From: an uncultured Alphaproteobacteria bacterium
GTDB lineage: Bacteria; Pseudomonadota; Alphaproteobacteria; Acetobacterales; Acetobacteraceae
Direction: 5' to 3'
Assembly: GCA_963850595.1 (NCBI GenBank)
Contig: CAWKLS010000002.1
Span: 903,711 to 967,710, forward strand
Length of the DNA stretch: 64,000 nucleotides
Shown piece after piece: positions 28,770 to 40,173 of this stretch. Under the pieces are notes generated by a model. The model worked only from the letters and a program-made list of their open reading frames with translations, was not told the origin of the DNA and did no database searches. How positions within the stretch are numbered: position 1 is the first letter of the stretch; every line of letters starts with the position of its first letter. Made by a program: the position numbers and the translations under genes.

Positions 28770-30657
28770 TCAAAACGGCGCGGATTTCGTCGAGGATCGC
28801 CGGGTCGTCGATCGTGGGTGGGGCCGGGGCGTCGTCGCCGTCGGCAAGCTTGCGGATGCTGTTGCGCAGGATCTTGCCCGACCGGGTCTTGGGCAGGCGC
28901 GCCACCACGCGGGCATCCTTGAACGCCGCCACAGGCCCGATGCGCTCGCGGACCAATGCCACGAGCTCCCGGGCGACCGTCGCGTGGTCCCGGTCCGCGC
29001 CGGCCTTCAGCACCACGAGGCCGAGCGGCACCTGGCCCTTCAGCGCGTCCGCCGCGCCCACCACTGCGCATTCCGCGACGTCCGGGTGGCTGGCCAGCAC
29101 CTCCTCCATCGCGCCGGTGCTCAGGCGGTGCCCGGCGACGTTGATCACGTCGTCGGTGCGGCCCATCACCCAGACGTCGCCGTCCCGATCGACCTGCCCC
29201 GCGTCGCCGGTACGATACCAGCCGGGGTAGTCCAGCAGATACGCCGTGCGGAATCCCTCCGCGTTGCGCCACAGCGTCGGGGCGCAGCCCGGCGGCAGCG
29301 GCAGGCGGATGGCGAGGTTGCCGGTCTCGCCCGCCGGCAGCAGGACGCCGCTATCGTCCAGCGCGCGCACGTCATAGCCGGGACAGGCGCGGCCGCCGGC
29401 GCCGGGCTTGAAGGGAAACAGGCCATAGCCGCGGAACCCGGCCGTGATCGGCCACCCGGTCTCGGTCTGCCACCAATGATCGACGACCGGCCGGTCGAGC
29501 TTTGCCGCGATCCAGTGCGCGGTCGGCGGGTCACAGCGTTCCCCGGCCAGGAACAGCGCGTCGAAGCCGCTGAGGTCATAGCGCGCCATGTGCAGGCCGT
29601 CCGGGTCCTGCTGCTTGATCGCGCGCAGTGCGGTGGGCGCGGTGAACAATACGCGGACGCCGTGCTGGGCGCAGACGCGCCAGAACGCGCCGGGATCGGG
29701 CGTGCCGACCGGCTTGCCCTCATACAAGATCGTCGTACAGCCGGCGAGCAGCGGCGCATAGACGATGTAGGAGTGGCCGACCACCCAGCCGACGTCGCTG
29801 GCGCACCAATAAACGTCGCCGGGCAGCGCGCCATAGATCATGTGCATCGAGATCTGCAGCGCCACCGCGTAGCCGCCAGTATCGCGCACCACGCCCTTCG
29901 GCTTGCCCGTGGTCCCCGAGGTATAAAGGATATAGAGCGGGTCGGTGGCGAGGACCGGAACCGGCGCGTGCGGCGTGGCGGCGGCCTCGGCTTCTGCGAA
30001 ATCATGGTCGCGGCCCGGCGTCATCGCGGCGGCCAGCATCGGGCGCTGCAGGATCAGGCAGGCCTCGGGCTTGTGCGCGCTGAAGGCGATGGCGGCGTCC
30101 AGCAACGGCTTGTAGGCGACGGTGCGGCCGGGCTCCAATCCGCAGGACGCGGAGACGATCGCCGGCGGCTCGGCGTCCTCGATGCGCTTGGCGAGCTCGG
30201 CGGCGGCAAAACCGCCGAACACGACAGAGTGCACGGCGCCGAGCCGGGCGCAGGCGAGCATGGCGATCACAGCCTCCGGCACCATCGGCATGTAGATCAC
30301 CACGCGGTCACCGGGCCGGACGCCCAGGGCCGCGAGCGCCCCGGCCACGCGGGCGACGCGGTCGCGCAGTTCGGCATAGGTGAACGTCCGGGTCTCGCCA
30401 GCCATCGGGCTATCCCAGATCAACGCCGCCTGTTCGCCGCGCCCGGCGTCCACGTGCCGGTCCAGGCAGTTCTCCGCCATATTGAGCGTGCCGCCGGCGA
30501 ACCATTGGCCGGCCACGCCGAGCTTTCGGTCGAACACCCGGTCCCAGCGCTGTGTCCAGGTGATGCCCTCCGCCGCCTGGGCCCACCACGCCTCGGGATC
30601 GGCCTGCCAGCTCGCATAGGCTGCTGGATAGGAGCTGGAGGGTTCGGTGTCGGTCAT
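28762..30657 (-). CDS. prpE: Propionate--CoA ligase (acyl-CoA synthetase, AMP-forming)
   Basis: The N-terminus is YPAAYASWQADPEAWWAQAAEGITW...WFAGGTLNMAENCLDRH. The AMP-binding motif is YILYTSGTTGKPKGV, and C-terminally LPKTRSGKILR. The start is at MTDTEP (ATG 30657). Confidence 0.85.
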   Translation of the reverse strand: MTDTEPSSSYPAAYASWQADPEAWWAQAAEGITWTQRWDRVFDRKLGVAGQWFAGGTLNMAENCLDRHVDAGRGEQAALIWDSPMAGETRTFTYAELRDRVARVAGALAALGVRPGDRVVIYMPMVPEAVIAMLACARLGAVHSVVFGGFAAAELAKRIEDAEPPAIVSASCGLEPGRTVAYKPLLDAAIAFSAHKPEACLILQRPMLAAAMTPGRDHDFAEAEAAATPHAPVPVLATDPLYILYTSGTTGKPKGVVRDTGGYAVALQISMHMIYGALPGDVYWCASDVGWVVGHSYIVYAPLLAGCTTILYEGKPVGTPDPGAFWRVCAQHGVRVLFTAPTALRAIKQQDPDGLHMARYDLSGFDALFLAGERCDPPTAHWIAAKLDRPVVDHWWQTETGWPITAGFRGYGLFPFKPGAGGRACPGYDVRALDDSGVLLPAGETGNLAIRLPLPPGCAPTLWRNAEGFRTAYLLDYPGWYRTGDAGQVDRDGDVWVMGRTDDVINVAGHRLSTGAMEEVLASHPDVAECAVVGAADALKGQVPLGLVVLKAGADRDHATVARELVALVRERIGPVAAFKDARVVARLPKTRSGKILRNSIRKLADGDDAPAPPTIDDPAILDEIRAVLIK

Positions 30658-30788
30658 GGCTGGGCTCCCGCAGTGCGTGGTCTCGTGATGCGCCTTTATG
30701 GGGCCATGATCACGCCGTTCTGACGCCTTGAACAGGCGCTTCATTGCGGGTGCTGGCAATGACGCTGGCGACCGAAGGACCCGTTCCG

Positions 30789-30992
30789 ATGACCATCTCC
30801 CGCCTGATGCTCGCCACCGCGCTCATGGGCACGCTGGCGCTGCCGGCCCTGGCGCAAACCCACGGCGCTATGCCTGCCCCGGGCCATCGCGCCCCGAGCC
30901 TTCACACCACGACGCTGCGGCACCGCGTGATCAAGCCGCTGGCGTCCGTGCATCCCGTTGCCGCGCCTGCTGCAGTCGTGCCGGCCAAATAG
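30789..30992 (+). CDS. Possible small secreted protein
   Basis: Begins with a signal-like MTISRLMLATALMGTLALPALAQ, followed by a His/Pro/Ala-rich tail. There is no other support. Confidence 0.3.
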   Translation: MTISRLMLATALMGTLALPALAQTHGAMPAPGHRAPSLHTTTLRHRVIKPLASVHPVAAPAAVVPAK

Positions 30993-31093
30993 CTTGTTGG
31001 CGGGCCGGAACCGGTGTTCCGGCCCGCCTTCGCTCGGCCCATCTTTGCCCGGTTTTGATTTGGACCGCGCGCCGCGCCGACAGTGATGGCAAG

Positions 31094-31798
31094 ATGCCGG
31101 ATATGACCGATCGCCCGCTTGGAACCCCCGTGGATCCCACGCCCCGCCCGCTGCCGGCCCGCGTCACGCTGCGCGGGCAGTCCGTGGTGCTGGAGCCGCT
31201 GCACCGCCGCCATGCCGAGGAGCTTTGGCAGGCTACGCAGCAGGATTCGGCGGCCGACAGCAGTTGGGACTACATGGGCTACGGCCCCTTCGCCTCCGCT
31301 GAGGCGATGGCCGTCTTCGTCGCGGGCTTTGCCAGCACGCATGATCCGATGGCCTGGGCGGTGCGCCCGGTTTCGACCGGCGTCGTCTCGGGGTGGCTCA
31401 CGCTTATGGATATCCAGCCCGTCCATGCGGCGATCGAGCTCGGCCACATCTGGTTCGCGCCGCGCATGCAGCGCACCCGTGCCTCTACGGAGGCGATGTT
31501 CATGCTGCTGCGGCTGGCCGCCGACGACCTCGGTTACCGTCGTCTGGTCTGGAAGTGCAACGCGCTGAATGCACCGTCACGGCGGGCGGCGGAGCGGCTG
31601 GGCTTCGTTTATGAGGGCACGCTGCGGGCGCATTACGTTATGAAGGCGCGGCTGCGCGACACCGAGTACTTCAGCATTGTCGGCGACGAGTGGCCGCCGT
31701 GCCGGGATGCGCTGCTGTCCTGGCTGGACCCGGCCAATTTTGGACCGGACGGCACCGCCCGGCGTGGCCTGGCGGAAATCCGGGCGTCGCTTCAATAG
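31094..31798 (+). CDS. GNAT family N-acetyltransferase (RimJ/RimL-like)
   Basis: Contains LEPLHRRHAEELWQ, IELGHIWFAPRMQRTRASTEAMFMLL and YRRLVWKCNALNAPSRRAAERLGFVYEGTLR. Confidence 0.85.
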   Translation: MPDMTDRPLGTPVDPTPRPLPARVTLRGQSVVLEPLHRRHAEELWQATQQDSAADSSWDYMGYGPFASAEAMAVFVAGFASTHDPMAWAVRPVSTGVVSGWLTLMDIQPVHAAIELGHIWFAPRMQRTRASTEAMFMLLRLAADDLGYRRLVWKCNALNAPSRRAAERLGFVYEGTLRAHYVMKARLRDTEYFSIVGDEWPPCRDALLSWLDPANFGPDGTARRGLAEIRASLQ

Positions 31799-31815
31799 GC
31801 CTAACTTGAAAGAAG

Positions 31816-31891
31816 TGGTGCCCAGGGACGGAGTCGAACCGCCGACACTGCGATTTTCAGTCGCATGCTCTACCAACTGAGCTACCTGGGC
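31816..31891 (-). tRNA. tRNA-Phe (anticodon GAA)
   Basis: The reverse complement is GCCCAGGTAGCTCAGTTGGTAGAGCATGCGACTGAAAATCGCAGTGTCGGCGGTTCGACTCCGTCCCTGGGCACCA. It folds as a cloverleaf with a 7-bp acceptor stem and an encoded CCA. Confidence 0.95.
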
Positions 31892-31968
31892 CCCGGCCGG
31901 CCGGGTGCTTGCCCGCCGGAGGGGCTTGCTACTCCAGCCGATCCCGCGGATCAAGTGCGGTGCGTGCC

Positions 31969-32220
31969 TTAAGTCCGATATGTGAGGTCGTGGTTTCCTG
32001 AGCGGTTCCCTGGGCTGCTGTCCGGCGGGTCCTCGTCCAACTCCGGCGGTGGGCCGGGGATCGCGTAGGCACCGCCGAACCAGCGGCCTAGGTCCACATC
32101 GGCGCAGCGGACCGAGCAGAACGGGCGCAGCCGGGCGGCTTGCGGACCCTCGGTGGAGACCGGCTTGCCGCAGATCGGGCAAGCGGTCGTTGTCTGCTTC
32201 GGCGACGACGGTTCAGTCAC
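31969..32220 (-). CDS. yacG: DNA gyrase inhibitor YacG (zinc-finger protein)
   Basis: Contains CPICGKPV...RPFCSVRCADVDLGRWF. Confidence 0.85.
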   Translation of the reverse strand: MTEPSSPKQTTTACPICGKPVSTEGPQAARLRPFCSVRCADVDLGRWFGGAYAIPGPPPELDEDPPDSSPGNRSGNHDLTYRT

Positions 32221-33331
32221 GGGCTGTCCTTTCGATCGCGGTGTGGCTCGGCGGCAGCGACGGGTCGGACGTCACAATCAGGGTACGGCCAGTGCGCCGC
32301 GCAAGGCCGGGCAGGGCGGCCGGATCATCCGCCAGGGCCGCCGCGACGTCCGGGGCGGCGCGCAGTGCGAAGATGGCCGCGGGCTCGGCGGCAGCGGCCT
32401 GCATGATTGTGCGTAGGGCTGAGAGACCGGCAGCGTGCGGCCCGGCCAGCAGCTCGTGCAGCGGCGGGTGCGCGCGGGGGCGCATGATCTCTGCCAGGCC
32501 CAGCGCCGAGAACCCGAGAAAACGCGGTCGGAGCGGATCGCTGGCCAGCGCCGCCGCGAAGTCGGGCGCCAGCGCGGCCCGGTGCCGCAAAGCGAGCCCG
32601 GCCACGTCCACCACGATGGCGCCAGATAGGTTGCGCAGCCGGATTTGCCGGGCCAGGGCCGGCAGCATGGCGCGGTTCGCCGCCACCTGCGCCGTGCGCT
32701 TGGGCCGCCGGTCGGCGCTGGTGCCGCCCGTGTCCACGTCGATGGCGACCAGGGCCGGCGTGGGATGGATGCTGGCGCGCATGCCGCCCGGCAGCTCGAC
32801 GCTGCGGCCGGCCAGCGCGTCGATCCAGCCGGCGAGCTCGTCGTCCAGCACGGCGCCGGCTGTGAGCCGCTCGCCCAATAACGGCCGCAGCGCCGCGACC
32901 ATGCTGGGATCATCGATTCGGATGGGCGCTGTCGAGTGGAGCGCGGCCAGACGCTCGACGGCGCCGGGTCCACGGCCTAGCAACGCCGGCGGGCCTGCGC
33001 CAGCCAGTGCCCGGTCGGCATCGGCGACGCGGGCGGTGAGGCGCGGACCCTTGCCGCCCTGCGCCGAGCGCGTAATCCGCACGGCGACGGCCATGCCGTC
33101 CGATAATGCGTCGGCGCCCTCGCTGTCCGGCAGGAAACCCTCGGCACCGGGCAGCGCCACGAACGCGCCGGCCATGGCGGGCACGCGCGCGATGATCCGG
33201 CCGCGATACAGGTCGCCCATGCCGTCCGGACAGCCGGGCCGCCACACCGCGTAATCGATGAGTGCGCCGTCTTGCACCACCGCCACCCGCAGCTCGCCTG
33301 GGCTGCAGGCGACCAGGATGCGCGTCTCCAT
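32213..33331 (-). CDS. Ribonuclease E/G family protein (short, RNase G-like)
   Basis: Reads METRILVACSPGELRVAVVQDGALIDY...DLYRGRIIARVPAMAGAFVALPG...LVAIDVDTG. It lies between maf and yacG, as in many alphaproteobacteria (recalled from memory). Confidence 0.8.
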   Translation of the reverse strand: METRILVACSPGELRVAVVQDGALIDYAVWRPGCPDGMGDLYRGRIIARVPAMAGAFVALPGAEGFLPDSEGADALSDGMAVAVRITRSAQGGKGPRLTARVADADRALAGAGPPALLGRGPGAVERLAALHSTAPIRIDDPSMVAALRPLLGERLTAGAVLDDELAGWIDALAGRSVELPGGMRASIHPTPALVAIDVDTGGTSADRRPKRTAQVAANRAMLPALARQIRLRNLSGAIVVDVAGLALRHRAALAPDFAAALASDPLRPRFLGFSALGLAEIMRPRAHPPLHELLAGPHAAGLSALRTIMQAAAAEPAAIFALRAAPDVAAALADDPAALPGLARRTGRTLIVTSDPSLPPSHTAIERTARD

Positions 33332-33342
33332 AGCCTGCGGCG

Positions 33343-33927
33343 TCAAGGCACCTGGTAGCCGCGCCCGCGCAGCAATTGCGCGACTTCGAACAGCGGCAGG
33401 CCGACCACGCCACTGTAGCTGCCGGACAGGAAACGGGCGAACCCGGCCGCACGGCCCTGGATGGCATAGCCGCCAGCCTTGCCCACGCCCTCGCCGCACG
33501 CCGCATAGGCGTCGAGCTGCGCTGGGGCGAGGCGGGAGAACGCGACGACGCTGTTGGATAGGCGGTGGCCGATCCGGCCATCCGGACCAATCACGGTCAA
33601 CGCCGTCAGCACGTGGTGACGACGGCCGGATAGCAGGGTCATGCAGGCGCGCACGTCTTCAGCGTCGGCCGCTTTCGGCATGATGCGGGTGCCGAGTGCC
33701 ACGACGGTGTCGGCGGCCATGACAAAGGCGCCAGGCTCCGCCAACCGCATCGCTTTTTCGAGTGCCATACGCTCGGCATACAGGCGCGGCGCCTCGTTCC
33801 GGCGTGGCGTCTCGTCAATATCGGGCGCCACGATGCGGTCGGGAGCGATGCCGAGATGCGCGAGCAGAGCGAGCCGGCGTGGGCTGGCCGAGGCCAGGAT
33901 CAACGGCGCGGAACCTGAATGAGCCAT
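33343..33927 (-). CDS. maf: Maf-like nucleoside triphosphate pyrophosphatase
   Basis: Contains LILASASPRRLALLAHLGI...DIDETP, GKAGGYAIQG and GSYSGVVGLPL. Confidence 0.9.
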   Translation of the reverse strand: MAHSGSAPLILASASPRRLALLAHLGIAPDRIVAPDIDETPRRNEAPRLYAERMALEKAMRLAEPGAFVMAADTVVALGTRIMPKAADAEDVRACMTLLSGRRHHVLTALTVIGPDGRIGHRLSNSVVAFSRLAPAQLDAYAACGEGVGKAGGYAIQGRAAGFARFLSGSYSGVVGLPLFEVAQLLRGRGYQVP

Positions 33928-33953
33928 AACCCGCTCGCCGTACGGCGTGTCGC

Positions 33954-34172
33954 CTACTTGAAGCGGAACGTTATCCGGCCCTTGGACAGGTCATACGGCG
34001 TCATTTCGACGTTCACCCGATCGCCGGCCAGCACACGGATGCGGTTCTTGCGCATTTTGCCCGAGGTGTGCGCCAGGATACTGTGTTCGTTGTCAAGCTT
34101 CACACGAAACATGGCGTTAGGAAGCAGCTCCAGCACCGTCCCGCTAAACTCGATCATGTCTTCTTTGGACAT
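33954..34172 (-). CDS. infA: Translation initiation factor IF-1
   Basis: Reads [72 protein letters not shown]. Confidence 0.97.
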   Translation of the reverse strand: MSKEDMIEFSGTVLELLPNAMFRVKLDNEHSILAHTSGKMRKNRIRVLAGDRVNVEMTPYDLSKGRITFRFK

Positions 34173-34246
34173 CAGGTTCCTTGATTAATTGCAACAATGT
34201 TCAAAATTGATTTTCAGCCGGAATGTGATGATGGCTGGTCACGCGG

Positions 34247-35548
34247 TCAAGTCGCAGCGGTTTGACCCAGGCGCAACGCAACGCTGCGGGCGTGCGCCTG
34301 CAGACCCTCGGCCTCGGCGAGCGCCACGGCCGCAGGTCCGACCTCGCCAAGGGCCGCACGGTCTGCCATGACCCAGGTGGTGCGTTTCAGGAAATCGAAC
34401 ACCGATAGCCCGGAAGCAAAGCGCGACGTCCGCCCGGTCGGCAGCACGTGGTTGGGGCCGGCCACGTAATCACCGACCGCCTCGGGGCAGTCGCGGCCCA
34501 GGAATGCCGCCCCGACGTGCCTGATTTGAAGGAACAGCGCCTCTGGGTCGGCCACCATGATCTGCAGATGCTCGGGCGCGAGGTCATTGGTGAGCGCCAC
34601 CGCCTCGGTCCAGTCGCGGGCCACGACGATGGCCCCGTGGTCCCGCCAGCTTGCGCCGGCGATGGCGCGACGCGGCAGGCTCGGCAGCTCGGCCTCGACC
34701 GCGCGGGCCACCGCATCGGCGAAGCTTGCGTCGGTGGTGATCAGGATGCTCTGCGCGGCCTCGTCATGCTCGGCCTGGGCCAGCAGGTCCACGGCCACGT
34801 GCCGCGGGTCGTTCTCCGCGTCGGCCAGGATCACGACCTCGGACGGCCCGGCGATGCTGTCGATGCCGACGCGGCCGAACACCTGGCGCTTGGCCTCGGC
34901 GACGTAGGCGTTGCCGGGCCCGACGATGCGGTCCACGGCGGCGATGCTGGCGGTGCCGTAAGCGAGGGCGGCGACGGCCTGCGCGCCGCCGACGCGGTAG
35001 ATTTCGGTGACGCCGGCGCGCTTGGCGGCTGCCAGCACCAGCGGGTTCAGCACGCCGCCGGGGCAGGGGACGCACATGGCGATGCGGCCGACGCCGGCGA
35101 CCCGAGCGGGCAGGGCGTTCATCAGCACGGAGGACGGATACGCCGCCTTGCCGCCCGGCACATACAACCCGACCGCGTCGAGCGCACCCCAGCGCATGCC
35201 GAGGGTCAGCCCAGCCGCATCCTGCATCTGCAGGTCGGCGGGCATCTGGGCCTGATGGAACGCCTCGATGCGCTGAGCAGCCAGGTCGAGCGCCGAGGAC
35301 AGCTCGGGGGCAATATCGGCCGCCGCTTCGGCGATCTCGTCCGCCGAAACGCGCAGGGTCGCAGGCGTGACGTCCTGCCGATCAAAAGTTAGGGTGTATT
35401 CGCACAAAGCCGCGTCGCCGCGGTCCCGCACGGCGGCGATGATCGCGGCGACCACGCCATCGACCCTCGTGGTCGTGTCGCGGCTTTCCAGCAGCAGATT
35501 GCGGAAAACCTCGGCAAAATCAGCGTCGGCCGTCGAAAGCCTTCTCAT
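34247..35548 (-). CDS. hisD: Histidinol dehydrogenase
   Basis: The 433-aa protein contains IAGPSEVVILAD, LLAQAEHDE and DYVAGPNHVLPT. Confidence 0.95.
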   Translation of the reverse strand: MRRLSTADADFAEVFRNLLLESRDTTTRVDGVVAAIIAAVRDRGDAALCEYTLTFDRQDVTPATLRVSADEIAEAAADIAPELSSALDLAAQRIEAFHQAQMPADLQMQDAAGLTLGMRWGALDAVGLYVPGGKAAYPSSVLMNALPARVAGVGRIAMCVPCPGGVLNPLVLAAAKRAGVTEIYRVGGAQAVAALAYGTASIAAVDRIVGPGNAYVAEAKRQVFGRVGIDSIAGPSEVVILADAENDPRHVAVDLLAQAEHDEAAQSILITTDASFADAVARAVEAELPSLPRRAIAGASWRDHGAIVVARDWTEAVALTNDLAPEHLQIMVADPEALFLQIRHVGAAFLGRDCPEAVGDYVAGPNHVLPTGRTSRFASGLSVFDFLKRTTWVMADRAALGEVGPAAVALAEAEGLQAHARSVALRLGQTAAT

Positions 35549-36249
35549 ATCGCCCCGGATGCAAGCTGCGCCTTGCGGAACCGGGCGATCCAGGCGCCGA
35601 TGGCCTCGGGCTGGGTCTTCAAAGCGGTGCGGTTTACGATCAGCCGGCTGGTCACGTGCGCGATCACCTCAGTTTCCTGCAGGCCATTCGCCAGCAGCGT
35701 GCTGCCGGTCTGCACGAGATCGACGATCAAGCGGGACAGGCCGAGGCCGGGCGCCAGTTCCATCGCGCCGTTGAGGTGCACGATCTCCGCCTGCACCCCG
35801 CGCGCGGCGTAGTGCCGGCGGGCGATGTTCGGGTACTTCGTCGCGACCCGAACGCGAGACCAGGTCGCGGGATCATCGCAGCCGACGGTCGCCGCGGGCT
35901 CGGCGACACTCACCCGGCACTGCCCGATGCCGAGGTCGAGCGGCGCATAGATCTCCGGATAGTCGAACTCCATCAGCACGTCTGCGCCGCAGATGCCGAT
36001 GTGGGCGGCGCCGAACGCCACGAAGGTCGCAACGTCGAACGGGCGGACCCGCACGACGTCGAGCGCCGGGTCGTTGGTCGGAAAGCGCAGGCGCCGGCTG
36101 TCCTCGTCGGCGTAGTCTGCGGCCGGGCGCACCCCGGCGCGCTCCAGCAGCGGCGCGCACTCTGCGAGGATGCGGCCCTTGGGCAGCGCCAGGATGATGG
36201 GAAGCTGGGCTTCCGGCGCGAGGGATGCGGCCGGAAAGGGGGCGGTCAT
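35545..36249 (-). CDS. hisG: ATP phosphoribosyltransferase
   Basis: Contains LALPKGRI, RVATKYPNIARRHY and DLVQTGSTLLANGL. It has a 4-nt overlap with hisD. Confidence 0.92.
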   Translation of the reverse strand: MTAPFPAASLAPEAQLPIILALPKGRILAECAPLLERAGVRPAADYADEDSRRLRFPTNDPALDVVRVRPFDVATFVAFGAAHIGICGADVLMEFDYPEIYAPLDLGIGQCRVSVAEPAATVGCDDPATWSRVRVATKYPNIARRHYAARGVQAEIVHLNGAMELAPGLGLSRLIVDLVQTGSTLLANGLQETEVIAHVTSRLIVNRTALKTQPEAIGAWIARFRKAQLASGAI

Positions 36250-36332
36250 GCGGGCTCCTGGCCATAGGGGATGTCGCGTGCGGGACGCGTAGCCTGCCGC
36301 CGTCTAGCACCCGGCGTCCGCAGCCGGAACCC

Positions 36333-37586
<1,254 letters not shown>

Positions 37587-37597
37587 GCGGCGTTCCC

Positions 37598-38152
37598 TTA
37601 CATCCGTGGCAGCGAGACACCGCGCTGGCGCATATATTTGCCCGCCCGGTCGGCATAGCTGATTTCGGGCGGGCTCGATCCCTGCAGGAACAAGAACTGG
37701 CAGATGCCCTCATGCGCGTGGATGCGGGCGGGCAGCGGCGTGGTGTTGCTGATCTCGATCGTGACCTGACCCTCCCATTCCGGCTCCAGCGGCGTCACGT
37801 TCACGATAATGCCGCAGCGGGCGTAGGTGCTTTTGCCGAGGCAGATCACCAGGATGTCGCGCGGGATGCGGAAATACTCGACGGTGTGGGCGAGGACGAA
37901 GGAGTTCGGCGGGATGGTGCAGGTGGGCCCGATGCGGGTGACGAAGCTGTCCGGGCTGAACGCTTTCGGATCGACGACGGCGCTGTCAACGTTGGTGAAC
38001 ACCTTGAACTCGTCGGCGACACGGGCGTCGTAGCCGTAGCTTGACAGGCCGTAGCTGATGACGCCGTCCCGCCGCTGAGATTCGACGAACGGGTCGATCA
38101 TGGCGTGGTCCTGCGCCATGCGGCGTATCCAATGGTCGGGCATCACGGACAT
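37598..38152 (-). CDS. dcd: dCTP deaminase
   Basis: Begins [22 protein letters not shown] and contains [24 protein letters not shown] and [10 protein letters not shown]. Confidence 0.93.
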   Translation of the reverse strand: MSVMPDHWIRRMAQDHAMIDPFVESQRRDGVISYGLSSYGYDARVADEFKVFTNVDSAVVDPKAFSPDSFVTRIGPTCTIPPNSFVLAHTVEYFRIPRDILVICLGKSTYARCGIIVNVTPLEPEWEGQVTIEISNTTPLPARIHAHEGICQFLFLQGSSPPEISYADRAGKYMRQRGVSLPRM

Positions 38153-38209
38153 GGTCGCACCTGGTGGCTGCTCGTTTCGTCTAGCGCGGACGGCGCTGGG
38201 CGGCAAACG

Positions 38210-38368
38210 TCAGGTGGATTTGGGATCGGGCGGCTCGGCCCGGGCGCGTGATTGCTGCTTGCGGCGGCGCAGGTTCTCTCGCAGGGCGTCGGCTTCGCGT
38301 TTTAAGCGGGCGTCCTGCTTGGATTCGGGGCGGGGTGGAGTAGCGTTGGGCTGGGGCGTTTTGGTCAT
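38210..38368 (-). CDS. Possible 52-aa basic small protein
   Basis: This ORF is below the track's size cut-off and I translated it myself: MTKTPQPNATPPRPESKQDARLKREADALRENLRRRKQQSRARAEPPDPKST. It lies directly upstream of dcd on the same strand. No homology evidence is available. Confidence 0.35.
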   Translation of the reverse strand: MTKTPQPNATPPRPESKQDARLKREADALRENLRRRKQQSRARAEPPDPKST

Positions 38369-38461
38369 GGCAGCAGGGGATGCCGGTCTTCTAGCAGCGT
38401 CAAGCGTTTGCGGACCATACGCCTTGGTCGCGAAGAGGCTTGCGAGGTGGGTAACCGGGTT

Positions 38462-38515
38462 GGATCGGATTTTCCGATCCGCGCCGCGGCCCAGCCAGGT
38501 CGGCTACCTGGCTGG
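38462..38515 (-). terminator. Two consecutive hairpins downstream of the PEP-CTERM gene
   Basis: One stem is ccagccaggt/acctggctgg (10 bp, 5-nt loop, 38491-38515). The other is ggatcgg/ccgatcc (7 bp, 38462-38480). The U-tract is weak. Confidence 0.45.
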
Positions 38516-38523
38516 ACGTTGCG

Positions 38524-39165
38524 TCAGGCGCGGCTGGCCCGGCGACGGACGTAGCCCAAGCCAACAAGCCCGGCTCCGAGCAGCGCCATGCTCGCGGGTT
38601 CCGGAACTTCCGTATGGCTGAGGGATGTCAGCAGCACGTTTTCAGAGTAAGCCTCCACAATGAGATAGCGGCTATTTGGGACGCCAAGTTCCTTGAGGTT
38701 CGGGTAGTCGGTGGTGCCGATAATAAAATTGCTGAACGCCAACTCGTTGGTCGGCAGCGTGGCACTCGTGCTAAAGCCGACGCGCCAGCTTTCACCGCTC
38801 TGTACGGAGCCGAAGCCAATCATAAGGTCTTGGCCCATGAGCGCGCTGACGTCGAGTACAATGGCCTGGCTGCCGGCGGGCGCATTGATCTCATTATCGT
38901 CGGTTTTATAGAGGCCCAGCCCGGTTTCGTCGCCCGCGCCGCTTTTGCCAAAAAGATTGGCCGCTGTAAGGGCATGGTGATCGACGGGCCCAGATCCTTT
39001 GTAGCCGTAAGCGGTAATCGGGCCATAGACTTGGCTGATGCCCAGCATTCCAGTTGGGGTTGCGAAGCTGATCGCGGTCGCATTGGCGGAGCCGATGGTG
39101 AGTACTGCTAGGCCGGCAACAAGCATCGTAGCCGCAAGAAGATTTTTCACGTCGAAACTTTCCAT
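38524..39165 (-). CDS. PEP-CTERM sorting-domain secreted protein
   Basis: It has an N-terminal signal LLAATMLVAGLAVLTIGSANA and a C-terminal VPEPASMALLGAGLVGLGYVRRRASRA, which is the PEP motif, a TM helix and a basic tail. It is visibly less G+C-rich than its neighbours. Confidence 0.85.
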   Translation of the reverse strand: MESFDVKNLLAATMLVAGLAVLTIGSANATAISFATPTGMLGISQVYGPITAYGYKGSGPVDHHALTAANLFGKSGAGDETGLGLYKTDDNEINAPAGSQAIVLDVSALMGQDLMIGFGSVQSGESWRVGFSTSATLPTNELAFSNFIIGTTDYPNLKELGVPNSRYLIVEAYSENVLLTSLSHTEVPEPASMALLGAGLVGLGYVRRRASRA

Positions 39166-39444
39166 TTCGGCTGCCTGTCCACACAATATGGTTTGGTAAG
39201 CCTAATGAGTATTACGCAACGTCTATGCCAGGGAGTAAAAACAAAGGCTTAAGGGAACAAGCATCGAAGTAATGCCTTAATCAGTAAAGATCTATTTACT
39301 GTCGGCATTAATCATTCAGATAAGCATTTGCATAGAACTTCGAAACACCCCGGCGTAAATTAAATTAGCTAACTAATACTAAGTTTCATTTTCGGCAGTC
39401 TGAAATTGAAGCGCCTGGCCAGCACGCCAGTCAGCGCCGGGTCG

Positions 39445-40173
39445 CTACGCCGTCATGAAATCATCGGCCGGCAGCAGCCCCGGCGGGCCGTTGTGCCGTA
39501 ATGGCGGCACCAGTTCGGCCAGCCGTTGCGGGTCATGCAGCGTCACCGTCTTGCCGCTCGTCGATAGCAGCTTGCGGGCGCGCAACCGGCCGAGCACCCG
39601 GTTCACGTGGATGACGTGCAGGCCCAGCACGTCCGCCATCTCCTGCTGCGTCAATTCCAGGACGAAGGTCGGCCCGGAGGCGAGGCCGCATTGCTGCAAG
39701 CGGCTGTACAGCGACATCAGCAGTCCGGCCGTGCGCTCCTCTGCATCGAACTGCCCGAGGCGGACCAGCCAATCTTCCGTCGCAGCTTTCTCGGCCAGGA
39801 TGATCTGGAACAACTGACGGCGGAATTCTGGCAGGAGTTCAAAGGCACTGGTCAGGTCGGTGGAGGACAGCGCGAAGTAGGTCAGCGCTGTCGCGGTCTG
39901 CACCGACGCCTGGGTCGGCTGGTCGAACAACGTCTCGAGTCCGAATGTGTCGCCGGGCAGCATGATGTTGAGGATCTGCCGGCGGCCGTCATGCAGCGTG
40001 CGGTATCGATACGCCCATCCGGAGGCGATGATGCGGACGCGGACGCCGGAGTCGCCGGCACGGGCCATCGAGGTGTTGCGCGGGGCAAACCGCTGCTCGA
40101 CCCGCAGTACGTCCGTGGAAGGCCAGCCCGGTCCTACAGTTTCAATATCAAACAACCCATCCTCCACAAACAA
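39445..40173 (-). CDS. Crp/Fnr family transcriptional regulator
   Basis: It has a cNMP-binding-like N-terminal half and a C-terminal HTH LTQQEMADVLGLHVIHVNRVLGRLRARKLL. No N-terminal Fnr-type Cys cluster is seen. Confidence 0.85.
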   Translation of the reverse strand: MFVEDGLFDIETVGPGWPSTDVLRVEQRFAPRNTSMARAGDSGVRVRIIASGWAYRYRTLHDGRRQILNIMLPGDTFGLETLFDQPTQASVQTATALTYFALSSTDLTSAFELLPEFRRQLFQIILAEKAATEDWLVRLGQFDAEERTAGLLMSLYSRLQQCGLASGPTFVLELTQQEMADVLGLHVIHVNRVLGRLRARKLLSTSGKTVTLHDPQRLAELVPPLRHNGPPGLLPADDFMTA

